From assembly GCA_964016885.1 (NCBI GenBank), contig OZ024742.1, forward strand, positions 176,204,001 through 176,268,000: 64,000 nucleotides of DNA, written 5' to 3'. The notes under the pieces were generated by a model. That model did not search any database, was not told where the DNA came from, and saw nothing but the letters and a program-made list of their open reading frames with translations. Of the stretch, positions 11,480 through 26,345 are shown one piece after another (positions within the stretch are counted from its first letter, which is position 1; each line of letters opens with the position of its first letter). The position numbers and the translations under genes were made by a program. This stretch comes from Eledone cirrhosa (taxonomy: Eukaryota).

Positions 11480-13890
11480 CTAGGGCGGGTAAAATTCCCG
11501 AGATCTATGCACGAGTTCTCTGTCCCTCATTATCGCTGCCATGTCCTCCGTCTCCAACAGACCAGTGTCTGTTCCTAGGGCATCAACATACGTTAAGCTT
11601 GGTCTTCCTCTTCCAGTCTGTCCATGTAGGGTCTCCCACAGGAGCACTGAGTGCAATGTCAACTCTGGATGTCGGTGAGCATGTCCAGCTAACCTCAATC
11701 CCCTCTGTGTCACTTTTAAGCTGACTTTTGTGAAGCTCCCATACAGATCTGTTTTTAATCCTCAGTGTATACTGATTAATGTTCAGAGCCATCCTCAGCA
11801 TTCTCGTGTAGCACCCATCCACCATCTGAGTGAGTTTCTTGGTCAGTGTCTAAATCTCAGACCCGTACAGCAGCACAGACTCCACTACAGCAATGAAGAG
11901 GCGGATTTTTAGGTCTTTACGAAGGTCTGACTTCCACACCGATCTTAAGCTATGGAACGCCGCCCAGGCTTTGCTCATCCTCTCAACCACATCATCTTCC
12001 ATATTCCCAATATTTGCTCCCAAATACAGGAAACCCTCAACCAATTCTAGCGGCTTCTCGCCTCCATTAGTGATCCCCTCTGGCTTCTCAACATTCTCTG
12101 CCAGATATTTTGTTTTAGTCTCATTCATTCTCAGCCCCACACACATCGACACAGTCTCAACCTCGCTCATCAAATCCTCTGCCTCCTTCACTGTATTTGT
12201 CACCAAAACTATGTCGTCGGCAAATTCAGCATCTGATACATTTTTTGCCTTAACTCTTCTGCTCTGAGCCGGTGCTACAGTAAAGCCAGAGTCCTGGTGT
12301 TTCTCCAGTGCAAGGCGCATACAATAATCCACTACGATGATAAAAAGGTAGGGAGCCAATGTATCTCTCTGGAGCACTCCAGCCAGTATCTCAAAGAACT
12401 CTGTCATCCCATCAGGTGTAATGACTTGGGCTTTGGTGTTGGTGTAGAGCAGTGATATCAGGTCCACTATCTTCTTCGGGATTCCATAAGCCTGTAAGAT
12501 CTTCATCAGGAAGTGACGGTTCACATAATCAAAGGTCTTCCTAAAGTCAATGAAAACCATGACCGCAGGAAGGCACTTTGCGCAATCTGCCTCTCTAATA
12601 TCCTCCACAGCATCAGGATGTGACTGGTGGTTGATCTTCCCTCTCTGAAGCCGTTCTGGTTGTCCCTGAGCTTCTTCTCCATCTCAGGCTGGATCCTGTT
12701 AAGAATCATTCTGTTGAGGGTCTTTGCCACAAGTGACGTCAGTAATATCCCCCTGTAGTTGTTGGTGTTAGAGAGATCCCCCTTCTTTGGCACTGGGACG
12801 ATGTTACTGATCCTCCACTGATTCGGGGCAACTCCTGTCTCCAGTGCCCGCTTACGGAACCCCAGGATGATATCACCAAAATCACACCTCTTCATCACCT
12901 CTGATGCCACTCCATCTTCTCCATGAGCCTTGCCCTCCTTGATATCTTCTTGACTCTCTGAAGCTCCTCTCTGGTGAAGGCCTCTGTCTCAATATCCAGT
13001 TCCTCAAACAGCCGCCTGATCTCCCCAGTGCTCTGGGCTGTGGGGGTTGGCTCTCCTAGTATGGTCCTAAAATGGTCTAGCCATTTCCTCTTCCTATCCT
13101 CGGGCCCCGTTCCCTGGATCTGATTGAACCCCTTCTCTTCCTCCCTGTGATCTCGATGATGATCATCCAGCTCTCCTTACATCCAGATCTGTCAACCGCT
13201 CTCTCCACACTTCTGATCTTCTCTATCAGTGCCTCATTGCTGGCCTCAGTGTCAGCGGTACAGAGTTGTTCCCTCATCATGTCCACAGTATCCATCCGCT
13301 TCTCCGTAGGATCAACATAGAATTGGTCCTTGGCAGCTTTCAGGTGTTCTCTGGCTGCACACACTTTTGGGTTTGCAGAGCTGACGTGCTTCCTTTTGTT
13401 CTTTTTCCTCGGCACCAGGGTTTCACTTGCTTCCCCACTGCATTGGTGAAGTGCCCGTACCTCCTCGTCACAATCTCCTCAGTCCATCCAATCTCTCTCT
13501 CCCCTGTCTCTCAACACAGAGCACTGAACTTCTTCCTCACTTCTACTGTGAACCTCTCCTGTAGCTTATCATCTTCCTTGAAAGCTCCCCAGTCATAGAT
13601 TGCTCTCCGAGGCCGAGCCTTGCTCTTTCCTAAGCTCACCCAGACTTCACTCATGACAAGCCGGTGGTCACTACCCAGTGTACTGAAATAGTTGTATGGT
13701 TCTGTGTTCAGAACACTATTCCGCCACTTTTTCCTCACCAGAATGAAATCAATCTGGGACTTGGACAGGTGCATATCTGAGATGTAGGTCCACATCTTCC
13801 CCGGATTCTTCCTAAGCCCTAGGTTGGTCGCTATTAAGTTAGTCTCCAGCAGGGTGTCTCTCAGTAGTCCTCCATTTCGGTTGGTGTTGT

Positions 13891-13892
<2 letters not shown>
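11480..13892 (-). mobile_element. 5'-truncated, frameshifted RTE-like LINE (family 2): end of APE domain plus RT
   Basis: SQIDFIL, LGSDHRLV, IVPVPKKGDLS..NYRGI, QNGFREGRST, FIDFRK.FD, GVLQRDTLAPYLF, EFADDI, ESVLLYGSE, split over several ORFs. Confidence 0.92.
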
Positions 13893-13922
<30 letters not shown>

Positions 13923-13936
13923 TATGTGTATATATA

Positions 13937-14160
13937 TCATCATCATCATCATCACCGTTTTACGTCCATTCTTCCACGCTAGCATGGGTTAGACGGGTTG
14001 TCCTGTTGTGGGCAGTGTCCGGTCGGCTGACTTGTCTTGCTCATATGGGAACTGATTCTGGCTTCATTTCTTCAGCTGGATGCCGTTCCTAACACCAATC
14101 TCATTTACAGTGAGAGCTGGGTACTTTTTTCCATGGTGCCTACACGTCCACTTTACAGTA
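13937..14160 (-). mobile_element. 3' portion of SINE/RTE tail family
   Basis: (CAT)n followed by TTTTACGTCC..GCATGGGTT..CAGCTGGATGCC.TTCCTAACACC, as at 9385-9540 and 46604-46770. Confidence 0.75.
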
Positions 14161-14284
14161 TATATATATACACATATACATATGTACATATATATATATA
14201 CATATATATATGTACATGTGTGTATATAAAAGTACACATATATGTGTATATATATATGTATATATATGTGTACATATACCTTAA

Positions 14285-16030
14285 TGGCAAAAAAGACTCC
14301 TGTGGGAAGGTGGATTGGGTGGACCAAAGCCATACGGACACCTAAAAACAATGATCAGGTAAGAAAAATGGTCGCGCATGCAATAGGGGCTAGTATTAAA
14401 ACTACCCTAAGGGGACATATATTCAAATTCAAGGAAAAGATATACACCCAAAGTGAAGGAGCAGCCATTGGCGTCAGCATAGCTGGTGATTTTGCCAACC
14501 TTTTTATGATATGGTGGGAAAGGAGACTCAAAGATCTCTTTGAAAAGAGCTCCATAGACCTCATCATGTACTCTCGTTACGTAGACGATATTAATATAAT
14601 AATGACACCCCCACACCAGTGTACTAACGAATATGATTTAGATTATAGCACAATGGAAAGTATACAGCAGATAGCTAAATCCATACACCAGAGTATAACT
14701 GTAACTATTGACTACCCTTCTAAACACCCTAACAATAGACTACATGTATTAGACACGGAACTGTGGATTAACACAATAGACGAGAGGGCCCAAATTCTCT
14801 ACTCACACTACGCTAAACCCATGGCCTCCAAATACCTGATACTCAAAATCTCAGCAATGTCAAGTAGTGCTAAGTTTCATATTCTGATCGCAGACTTGTT
14901 ACGAGTAATGAAGAATGTATCCCGCATGTGCGACCCAACAGAAATAGAAAGAGACATCTAACACTTCATCAACCGCATGCAGTTCTCTGGCTACAACCAA
15001 AGGGAAAGAATCAGAGTATACAAAGGAGCCACAGAGAAGTATAAGACCATCATAGAACTGGACATGAAAGGCATTTGCCCATTATGCAGGAGCAAATCAT
15101 GGAATAGCTTAGATAGTATTAAACATAAGATAGGGAAAGCCACCTCATGGTACGACAACCAGAAATACCAGAGTGTCATGTTCAAGAATGCTACCCCTGG
15201 AGGGAAATGAGCTAACCAATGTAGAAAGGGCCTGAGAAAGACCACTTAAAGATTAAAGTGGTAGACAAACCAGGAACTACCATAAAATCCCTGATCAGCA
15301 AAACATAACCTTTAAAGAAACCCACTGTACTGATAAGAAATGTGTTATATGTAAAGTAAACTCCCAGATAAACTATAAAACTAAAAATATAGTCTTTAGC
15401 ATAAGATGTACAGTTGGCACTTGCAGAACCATGACAACATACATAGGCGAGACAGCCCAAAGCGTACGAGAAAGAATAGACCAACACTGGGGGGAATTAA
15501 AAGGACAAAATATAGTTTTGTTATATACAAACCCACCAGACAACAACATGGTGGTAACATAGACAACATAGAAATTAAAATAATATCTAAACATAGAAAT
15601 GACCCAGCTTGTAGGCAAATTATAGAAGCAAGCAAAATAGACCTTAGAAAGCCAAAGCTAAACAGAAAAAATGAATGGAATAACAACAACACCCAAACAA
15701 ACAATACTGACTTAAGAGAAATATAAATAAATGAATAAATATATACATAGGCACAATAACAAGAAACACATATAAACACACCAATAAACTAAGATAGAAT
15801 ACAATAACCAAAACACAGTCACCCAACGAATGAACTTTGCTAGAATATATATATGTATTTATATATGTATTTTTGACCGTTGGTCAGTCAATGATAAACG
15901 TTGATTGCCAAATGAATTAAATATGGAGATATAAAAGATGCAGAATTGAAATCCAACCAAACAGTGAGTGTGTTCTGTTATTATTTCTGGCAATATTATT
16001 ACAAGAATATGACCCTCCCAAAGTATAACA
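14285..16030 (+). mobile_element. 5'-truncated Penelope-like element (RT core, thumb, degraded GIY-YIG, 3' UTR)
   Basis: FKFKEKIYTQSEGAAIGVSIAGDFANLFM, YSRYVDDIN and LHVLDTELW; stops and frameshifts after 14961. Same family as 1060-2484. Confidence 0.9.
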
Positions 16031-16144
16031 ATATATGTACATATATATGTGTATATATATATGTAGACATATATGTGTATATATATATGTATACATATGT
16101 ACATATATATATATGTGTATATATATATATACATATGTACATAC

Positions 16145-16184
<40 letters not shown>

Positions 16185-16224
16185 ACATATGTACATATAT
16201 ATGTATATATATATCTATGTATAC

Positions 16225-16308
<84 letters not shown>

Positions 16309-16703
16309 ACTTATGTACATATGTGTGTATATATATATATGTGTGAATATATGTATATATGTTTGTATACATATATATATATATACATGCATAATGTATA
16401 AAAATGTATGTATATATATATATTGTATACATTCTATATATTTCCCCTTCAGTAAGTCTTAATACCTGTCATGTAAAGCTTGCCAAGAAAACATAAGGAA
16501 TGTTTTCATTGAACAACCTGTAAACACAAATCCCTAGAAATTAAAAGTATTTGTTTTTCTTTCTATATTTATAAGTCTGGGAAACTCTTTGCTTGTGTTA
16601 AATGTTGTTTGCTTTATTTTTAATTTTTTTAAATACTTCTTAAATATCTAACAATAACTATCACAACAACAACAACAATAATAATATTAATAACAATTAT
16701 TTT

Positions 16704-16741
<38 letters not shown>

Positions 16742-17178
16742 TTATTTATTTGTATGTCTGTGTGCAAAACTGTACATATCAATAAATACACATAAACAAA
16801 TAACACAACCATATATACATGTCTATACCTATTTATCAATATACATGCATATAATAATAATAACAATAATAATAATAATATAGATGAAGAAATACATAAA
16901 TAGAAAATGAAGGAATAAAAACAAAGTCAGTTTTGAAAAATACTGATCTGCTAGCAGAAATTCTGCTGATAAATGATTCTGAGATGAAATGTAAACAAGA
17001 ATGGCATGGAATCATTGCTATAGTGGTAAAATCGTCATTTACAGCAGTAAAAAAATCGTAGGAATTGTGTTGTGGAAATAAAAATAATGTAAAAATTGAA
17101 GTAATTTTCGTTGTTCTTCGATTGTTTTGAAGAAAACAAATAAATTGAACTGGTGTATATATATATGTGTGTGTGTGT

Positions 17179-17517
17179 ATCATCATCATCATCATTTTAC
17201 ATCCGCTTTTTCCTGCTTGCAAGGGTGGGACAGGAACTGATTCTGGCTTGATTTCTACAGCTAGATGCCCATCCTAACACCAACCTCATTTACAGTGAGT
17301 GCTGGGTGATTTTTTTGCCGTGGCACCTCCACGACCACTTTGCAGTGAAATGATAGGGACCCCAGTCCCTATCATCTCATTTCTACAGCTGAGTAAACTG
17401 GAGCAATGTGAAATAAAGTGTCTTGCTCAAGGAAACAACACATCACCCGGTCTGAGAATTGAACTCACAACCTTTCGATTGCATGGCCAATGCTCTAACA
17501 CTAAGCCATGTGCCTCC
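17179..17517 (-). mobile_element. tRNA-derived SINE family A, full length
   Basis: Collinear with 9385-9693 plus an extra ~35-bp internal segment; A/B boxes and (ATG)n tail. Confidence 0.9.
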
Positions 17518-17582
17518 ATGTATGTATGTATATATATATATGTATATACATTCATAGCATATATATATATATATATATTTAC

Positions 17583-17765
<183 letters not shown>

Positions 17766-19237
17766 CTAAACAGAAACAACATAGCAAATGACAGTCCACA
17801 ATGAAGAATTATATTAGTTTAATGCTTGACACAGTGGAAAAGAGTTTTTACCTACCATGATTGAGCATATTCCCTCATCTTTCTTCCTGAGATTGGTGAG
17901 CCAGGCTGGCAAAAAAAAAGACCTCAAGAATAAGGATCTAGTGTGCAATGAATAAATCTGTTGGTGGGGTCCATGGTAGGACTCAGCAAGTGGCACCTAG
18001 CTTCGGTGGTGAAGGGCAACATCAAGTCTTTGAGGTGTCAGAGACCATTGGCACTGCTGCTGCTGGTAGGAAAAGTCCTCAGAACTGAGATGATGTCCAC
18101 CTTGGAGACTATGTAAAATGGTTGAGGATCAGGTGGGTGTATCTGACGGAGGTCTGCATGTGGATCGGGATGTTTAATCTGAAGAGTAGCCAAGACATGC
18201 TTGATAGGGTAGAGGACGGTGTTGAAAGAGGTGACTACTCTGATGGCAGCCGAGCTGAGACATCATCTTTAATGAGTTTGGTGTTTATGTGGTCATGTAA
18301 ACACTATCAGGAGTGGAGGATTGTGGGCATATGAATATGTGGAGTGTGACCTGCTAAGATACACTGGGTCACATTTGCCCAAAGGCAAATGGGAAGACTA
18401 CATATGTATTTGCTTTGACATATTATAAATAAAAATAACAACAACAATAATAATAATAATGATTGAGGATGATTATGATTATGCTAGTGTAAAGCATATT
18501 GTGCAATCAATCCCACCTTTTGTCATGAACCACTCAAATTTCTCAAATATGCCTTCTTCTCAACATTAATTTTAAACTTGCAGTAAGGATGTTTGTGATA
18601 ATCTTTCTTAAAATATAGTTGAATAAAGTTGAATTCAGAACATAGGGAACTAAAGAAAATTCTGTGGTGTGTACTGTGGTACACTCTAATTCATGTAGAA
18701 TTTCTGTGTGTTTTTTTGTGTTTTTTTGTTTTCACAGTAATGTTTATGACAGTCTGTAACAATATTTATTTACATATTCTTAGTAAATAACATGCTTCTC
18801 AAATAGATCATGCTTTGAAAAACTTTTGGTGGTCAGATTTTTCAAGATTTCAAGATACTAGCTTATGACATTTGATGTTGTCTTGCTTGTTGTTATGTAT
18901 GTCACCTTAGAAGGATGAAAGGCAAAGATAAACTTAGTGCGAACTTAAATTAGATTGCAGAGAGCAAGAACAAATACCAAAGCATTTAATCCAACACTCT
19001 AACGATTCTACCAAATCAATGACAAAATCATTGCACAAATGAAACAACATCAAAGATAAGCTTAATAATATCATCAATATTTATCACTATAATTGATGAC
19101 AAAGGAAGATTGTCAGTGTAATTGTTAGAGAATAACAATCTAGATATGTAAATTACATGTATTATGATATGTTTATTTCCACTATGAAGGAATCTGGGCT
19201 TTAAACTCCCCATTTTGGCAAAGGAAACATTTTGCAA

Positions 19238-19282
19238 TTAGACTGCAACTGTTTCAGCTATAATTATGCCCTCATCAGTTCT
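19238..19282 (-). ncRNA. Degenerate hammerhead-like core
   Basis: CTGATGA-gggc-ataattata-gct-GAAA-cagttgca-GTC; stems I and III are poor. The adjacent 19276-19303 is inverted at 19476-19506. Confidence 0.4.
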
Positions 19283-19311
19283 TCTGTAGCCTAATCATTC
19301 CCCTTAAAAGT

Positions 19312-19405
<94 letters not shown>

Positions 19406-19889
19406 ATAAATCATTATCATGATATATGTATATATATATATATTTAGAGAGAGAGAACGAGATATTCATACTGTTTGGGGGCATGATCAGGCTACACAAA
19501 AACTGAATTATTTGTAACTGTGGGTTATACTGATAATAAGAAGAAAGGCAATTATAATTATTACTGAAGAGCAGTTTTATGATACTTTGGAGACAGAGAT
19601 ATTAAATGTGTTTTGTTTCATATGATAAGCAAGGGGTTAAGGCATGTGGCTTAGTGGTTAGGTTATTCGGATCATGATTATAAGGTCACGAGTTTGATTC
19701 CCAATGGTAGGTTATATCCTAGAGCAACACAATGAATCTCCCTATGAAATATGTTAAGGGTACCCATATAATTGAAATGCTCAGACACCTTCATGTCAAT
19801 TTCACAAGAAGGCTGTTCCATGTTTATACAACAAGAACACAACACATATGGTGGAACGGTGAAAATAAAAGAATGCCTGACTGAATGAC

Positions 19890-20075
19890 TTATTGGATTG
19901 GCAGTATCGGTAGAGGGTCAGACGCCATGCTTTCCAGCTTAGTTACGTCCCTTTATGATCTGAGTTCAATCCCGCCGAGGTTGACTTTGCCTTTCATCCT
20001 TACGGGGTCGATAAAATAAAGTACCAGTAATGCACTGGGTAATTGCTGGCATGTGCATAAAGTAAAAACAATTAT
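19890..20075 (+). mobile_element. SINE family B (tRNA-like head, GCCTTTCATCCT...GGGGTCGATAAA central domain)
   Basis: TGGCAGTATCGGTAG A-box-like and GAGTTCAATCCC B box. Copies at 52722, 56105 and 62066; decayed copies at ~18905, 36560, 44710, 53880 and 60040. Confidence 0.85.
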
Positions 20076-20394
20076 AATATGTCTCCTTTACTGGTTTAGT
20101 CATATGACAGCAGCCATATTGGGACATTACTTTGAAAAGATTGTGTCAATCATATTGAACCCAGTACTCGTTTCATCATTGTATTTATGTTATCTACTTT
20201 TATTTGTCAAACTGCTAAGTTAGTGGATATACAGGGATACTAACTACACATTTTAGACTGGTGAAAAATAAACACACACACATATATTTACAGGCTCCTT
20301 CTCAAAGAGGAAGGTTAAAAACTTACATCAACACTTAATTTAAAATCTTTAATTTTTAGTTTTTAATCTTTATTAATTCTTTTTAATTATAATA

Positions 20395-20445
20395 CTCAAC
20401 ATTTGATGAGATGAATTTTACTCATACATCGAAACCGGTAGTACT
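20395..20445 (+). ncRNA. Hammerhead-like core (TTGATGA variant)
   Basis: TTGATGA-gatg-..-catc-GAAA-ccg-GTA with ACCGGT palindromic stem III; stem I is weak. Confidence 0.55.
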
Positions 20446-20591
20446 TTATATACTTTATATACATTATTAAACTCTATTTAAAAAAAATTGTCCTTCTCAC
20501 TTTTTCAGCAATACCACTTTGATGAATCAAAGAAAGGAAGAAAAAGAGAAAAACAGAACCGTAAATATATTTTCATTGCTATTTCCAATCT

Positions 20592-20710
<119 letters not shown>

Positions 20711-20920
20711 CCATTTTACATCCATTCTTTCAAGCTAGCATGGATTAGATGAGTTATCCTGTTGTGGGCAATGATAGGTTTGTGACCATGTCTTGCTTAT
20801 GCAGAACTGATTTTGGCTTGTTTTCTACAGCTGGATACCCTTCCTAACGCCAAACTCAGTTACAGGGAATTCAGGGTGCCTTTTGTCATGACACCTATAT
20901 ATATATATATATATATATAT

Positions 20921-21252
20921 ATAAGTAAATATCTTTAAGTCGTTTGGAAGCCTCGACAATGCAAATGGGTAAATCTCCGGGTAACAAGGTCCGGTGGTGG
21001 AGAGAGAGATGTAAGTGGGTGTACGTTGAGATGCGTGGTGTGTACACCCACTTACATCTCTCTCTCCACCACCAGACCTTGTTACCCAGAACACACTACG
21101 CATCTCAACGTACACCCACTTACATCTCTCTCTCCACTACCGGACCTTGTTACCCGGAGATTTACCCATTTGCATTGTCGAGGCTTCCAAACGACTTAAA
21201 GATATTTACTTATTGTTCCACAATGCTTTAAGCAAACTTCAATAATCTCTTA
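20921..21252. repeat. Nested fold-back palindrome between (TA)n tracts
   Basis: 20921-21041 is the reverse complement of 21092-21213. The spacer 21042-21089 is a further partial inverted copy. Confidence 0.9.
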
Positions 21253-21479
21253 TATATATATATACACACAGACACACACATACACACTTAAAAACACGCA
21301 CACACACATATACACATACTTATATGAGAACAAAACAACAGTTTTCATCTTTATTTTATATTTCAGGATATTTTGAGGTTAGAACCCCTTTTGCAAATGA
21401 AAGGAAATTAATGTAATTTTGCTATCAAGTGGCATTCTTCTCTGTAGTAATTGGGTTGAAGGTATGTTAATTGGCTTCA

Positions 21480-21760
21480 TGCAACTAATTCCTGAGGCTG
21501 ATGACAGGACTCAGTCTAGTGATGTGCATAATCATTTTGATACACCAATGTCCAATGTTTCATTTGCTGGGTCTCCATGGAAACTTAAATGTCTTTAGTG
21601 TAACATTTCTCGAGGTGATTTTGTTTTTTAACAAAAGTGCTTCCAATGTAATGTATGATCCACCACATTTGTTACACATTGTCTTGTACACTATGTATAA
21701 TTTCAAGCCCATGTCTGAATTGTTGATGTACACAAGTGGGATTATTACTAAGAGCTATGT
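21480..21760 (-). mobile_element. Decayed GIY-YIG (PLE) remnant
   Basis: Minus-strand IVYKTMCNKCGGSYI and a downstream HLEKC; frames are broken. Confidence 0.5.
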
Positions 21761-23044
21761 CATCGTATGCGTTTTGGTAGAAGGAATTATGTTTTGATGT
21801 GTAGAAACAACCAAATTATAACTAATTCATTGTCTGTATTTTATTTATTAATTTATATTCCATTTAGGCTTCTGTTTATTGGTAAAATATTTTGGAGTGT
21901 AGAGCAAAGTTCAGCCCTTGAAAAGTAGTATCCATGTAACAGCCAGCCACATAAATTCGACCCCCTCACATTGATAATTTACTAAAACATTCAACATTTA
22001 CTCGTGTCTTCTGTCTTCATAAATTTGAGATACTGTGTTAGAAATAAATATGTGTAGTTGTATTCTTTTATTCGTTTTCTTTTTTACTGGATTTAGTCAT
22101 TAAAATGTGGCCATTCTGGGGCACATCCCTAAAGGGATTTAGTTGATCCTATCAACACCCATATATATTTTTCCAATGCTGGTACATCTTTTATTGATAT
22201 ATTCTTTGTCAAAATACAAAGTTATTAGACAAGGACATAGATACAAACATAAACACAGATGCACATATATATACATTTGCCAGTATAAAATATAAACATA
22301 AAGCAGTAATGTTGATAATGATGATATGTCAACAGGTGTCTGCAATTTCTGTTGACCAAATTTCACTCGCAACCCATTGAGGAAACTGTGTCTATAAAAG
22401 AAAACTCTTGTCCAAATTACTACCCACTGTGATTGAACCTGAATGTAGATGGTTGCAAAAAGAACACTTTAACCACATAGCCATACCTGTGCCTATGTTC
22501 ATTACTATTAGTTTAGACGGATTTAGAGCAGTATAACTATGTCATTAGTTTATTTATTGGATATAGCATTAGTATGGAAGTGCTAATAGCTTATAACAGG
22601 CAGAAGAATAAATGCAATTATCATCAAGAGACAATACAAATATGATGTCATTGACTTTAAGAAACTGAAAGCAATCGTGTTGACTTCATTGGTTTAGTTT
22701 GAACAAGGAAATATTGGTTTGTTACTTCTATTAGTCGTTCACAATTGTGTTCTGCTTCTGGTAAATTTTCAATTATTACAACTTAATCTCACCCCCAGGT
22801 TCACAACCAAAGATTTATATGAATTTATGAATTAACAAATTAGAGTAGTAAAAAATCTTAAAATTGAAAAAATTATAAATAGTAAAGGAAAGTGATGCTT
22901 CATTTCATCCATAATTTCATTTTTCATCTGATTAAAATTCGTGTCATAAAATCTCCCAAGCTTCGGGAAACATTTCCTCTTTAGTAATGTTGGTCAGGAA
23001 TTTATAATATATTCAATATATCAGAATTGATATTCTTCTACACT

Positions 23045-23083
<39 letters not shown>

Positions 23084-23092
23084 TTCATTTAT

Positions 23093-23205
<113 letters not shown>

Positions 23206-24599
23206 TTTATGGCTAGTAACATACTGGACAATTTTGTTAGTAGAAATCTAAAGAGCTTTTTCTCTCCTACTTAAAATCATAATTTAAAATTTGTTTTCTT
23301 TGCTAGTAAGGGTTGGATGGGTAGTCACAGACAAAATCAATACTTAATCAGAGCCACTGATTTCTCAGTTGGGCAAGACATCATATCACTTACATAGCTT
23401 CCTACACCTTACAGAGTGTGCCATGGGACCAGTGCAAAAGAGGACATCATATTCTGCTCTCAACTGAGGAGTCCTCTCTACATATTTTTTAGAAAGTTTT
23501 CTACTGATGGATTCTTTTTTCTATCACCAACTACTTTACAGAATTCATAATCATTGTTTAACATCTGTTTTCCTTGTTAAAGGTTAGATAGGCTGTCACA
23601 GACTGACCAATACTCAGTAGAGCCTCTGACATCTAAGTGAGCTGGGGGCCAGATGTATGATCTCATGATCTACCAAGACTAGACAAATTGTTATGTCCTT
23701 GGCATAGCTGAAGAGTTTACCTGATCCTTCGATTAGTGGTTTTTCTGTGGCTGGATGCCTTCTTCTCATCAACCACTTTTCAGAATGAACTGGGTGGACT
23801 TATTGCATAAATCACCAACACTAGAGAGGTTTTCATGTCTGTCACAAAACTGAAGGGTCTGCTGTACTATCTTTGACAAGTTTTTGATGGCTTGATGCCC
23901 TTCCTATCTCAATCACTTTACTTTCTATACTGGTTGCATTTATCATGGAGATCACCAGCAGTAGAGTAGCTGTCATGCCTCTGTCAGAATTAAAGAGTCC
24001 TCTTGGCACTTTTAGGTATAGTTTCTACAGTGGGGCTATTTTTCCTATCACCAGCCACCATTCAAGTTGTATTGGGTACATTTACCATTTCACTGACAAT
24101 AGAGAGTTTGTTGTCATTGACTCAGCTGAGGAGCCTTTTCTCCCCTACAGTTGGGGTTGGGATGTATGTCATGGGTGGGATGGTGGATGGGTGGGAGAGA
24201 GACCTCTGACCACGTGGAAGGTGTTGTCGTGATAGCAGATAATGGGGGGAATGGTGTGTCAGTTTAGTGGGGTGGGGGATGTCTAGAGGAGAATGTGATA
24301 ATGGTTCAGCTGTGACCCTGGATAGAGTGTATGCATATGTGTGTGTGAGGCTGTCCTTAGGATTTAGGATTGGTGGAGGGGATCTTTGATATAGTGGGTG
24401 GTAGGGGAGTACAGGGATGCTGAGAATAGCTATTACATAGGCAGGGGGTTGTGTTTAAGGGGCATGGAGGGATGGATGTGTAGTAATTGTTGGGAAGTTA
24501 CTAAAGGTTTATAGTGAGGGTGGGGCAATACAAGAATGGGTCTGGACAGAAGCGGAAGAAATATAAGTATGGATCAAGTCAGCTTAGTTTCTAGGATGG

Positions 24600-25100
24600 T
24601 AGATAGATCTTCATCAGCACAACATAGTGTCAGCCCTCATGTTATCTCTGTTAAGAGGTGTCTTCCCTACCTTATTTCATATCTTTCATAAGTTCCATCC
24701 TCTGACATTTCTTTGCACCTCTTTATACAGCTGACATCTTCCATATACATCCCATGCCCATATCAATTAACTTTTTTTCTTGCACAGTACATTGAATTCT
24801 TCTTCTGAGTTTTCTCTCAACATGTTTGTACTACATTGTTCATGCACTCTAACCTTATACATCTATCAAAACTACCTCGTTTCATTTCTTTCAAGTTTTC
24901 TCAGGTCCTCTGTAGTGAAAGACCATGTCTCATTGTCACATGTAGTATTGCAGTTCATATGCAAACATCATACAGTCTACCTTTTATTCTGAGGGAGAAC
25001 CCCTTTGGTATCATACAGTCTATCTTTCACTCTGAGGGAGAAACACATTATTATCATAAAGCCTACCTTTTATTCTGAGGGAAGAGTCCGTTACTATCAG
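24600..25100 (-). mobile_element. Decayed RTE family 1 3' fragment
   Basis: Resembles 47100-47460 (KGFSLRIKGRLYD.C, ETW, SCIKRCKE); has a small local triplication at 24968-25085. Confidence 0.65.
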
Positions 25101-25499
25101 CTCATGTACCAACAAATGGCTTTATAATACATAATTACAAGAAGAAAAAAACAATTACAAAGGGAAAGAGAAAAGAAAAAAATAGGTAGAAGTGAAATGA
25201 AGAGGGTGGGGTGTCAAAATCTACACCCTTACCTGAATAGTATATCTTAGGCGCACCCCACAAACAAGTGATTGAGAACAGTTAACAGTACCTGTTACAT
25301 CATCTATTTCATGTAATGGGGAAACTAGTTAATCTCAATGCACACTGTTGTCAAGAGGTCAAAATCATTGTCATAGATAGCAATACATTCAATGGAAGCC
25401 TGTCAGTCTCAAGTACACTGATGGTATATACCAAGACTGGATAACCCTTTTCTCAACTCTCATCTGGTATTCCTCATTTTGTGACCCATTCCCCAGTGC

Positions 25500-26000
25500 T
25501 AACCTTATCACTTTGGCTATAAACCCAATCACCACTTCCTACAATGTGGAGGAGTGGAAAAAAGAGCATGCCCAATTTTCTCATAGTTTATTTGTCTAAC
25601 ATTACACACCGAATGAAATATATTCATTTTCTGTCCATTGTCCACATATCCTCTGCACTCATGCCCTTTGTGTCACTATTATGTAACATATCTATGTGCA
25701 TGCAGGAAACATACAAATTTCATTTCGCTTGGAAAGAATATACTCCTGTTATTAATAGAGGCAGTATCTCCCTAAACCTTTTTATCCCGTTCTTTTCTAG
25801 CTCGTATGTTGTCAGAGAAATCTCCTTCACTGCACATCCTGTGTAGCCGTTTCTTACATTATGTAATCACTACTCTTTTTCTATATTGCAACCACAGTCT
25901 CTCTCCTGATAGGATCAGTCTTGACCTCATTGACACTGACTAAAACTGAGTTTGTGCTGAGCACTTTTGATTTTTAGTTTCGTTTCTACAACATGAATTT
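25500..26000 (-). mobile_element. Highly decayed RTE fragment
   Basis: Minus-strand similarity to the RTG.K.FRE.LPLL and LY..C...MLH region of 47340-47520. Confidence 0.45.
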
Positions 26001-26209
26001 CTTCTCTAGTTCTAAAACATATAACGTTCCTATGTTTTACACTTTTATGTTCTTTCTAGTTTTGTTTATTAGACGTTGGCCATGCTAAACAGGGACCTTA
26101 GTTGATTATATCAACCCCAGTATTATTTTATCAGTTTCTTTTGTTAAACACCAAAGTTTTAAACATATAAACATAGACATGGATACACAGGAACACAGAA
26201 ATATACATG

Positions 26210-26345
26210 AGACAAACCACAAGAGAAACACAAATCCTCCCATCTCAATTTTACTTTTGAGAAGCATAAGAACTGTGAAACCGGTAAATGAATACATATA
26301 CTTAAAAGGCTTCAGTTTCCAGTTGCATTTTCAATTTCTTTTCCC
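26210..26345 (+). mobile_element. Solo copy of the U3-A8 hammerhead family
   Basis: TTGAGAA-gca-taagaac-tgt-GAAA-ccg-GTA; flanks homologous to 34085-34215. Confidence 0.7.

Noticed and set aside
17850-18400. GC-richer stretch that might be an exon or LINE relic
   Set aside because: No recognisable motif in any frame; cannot be classified by eye.
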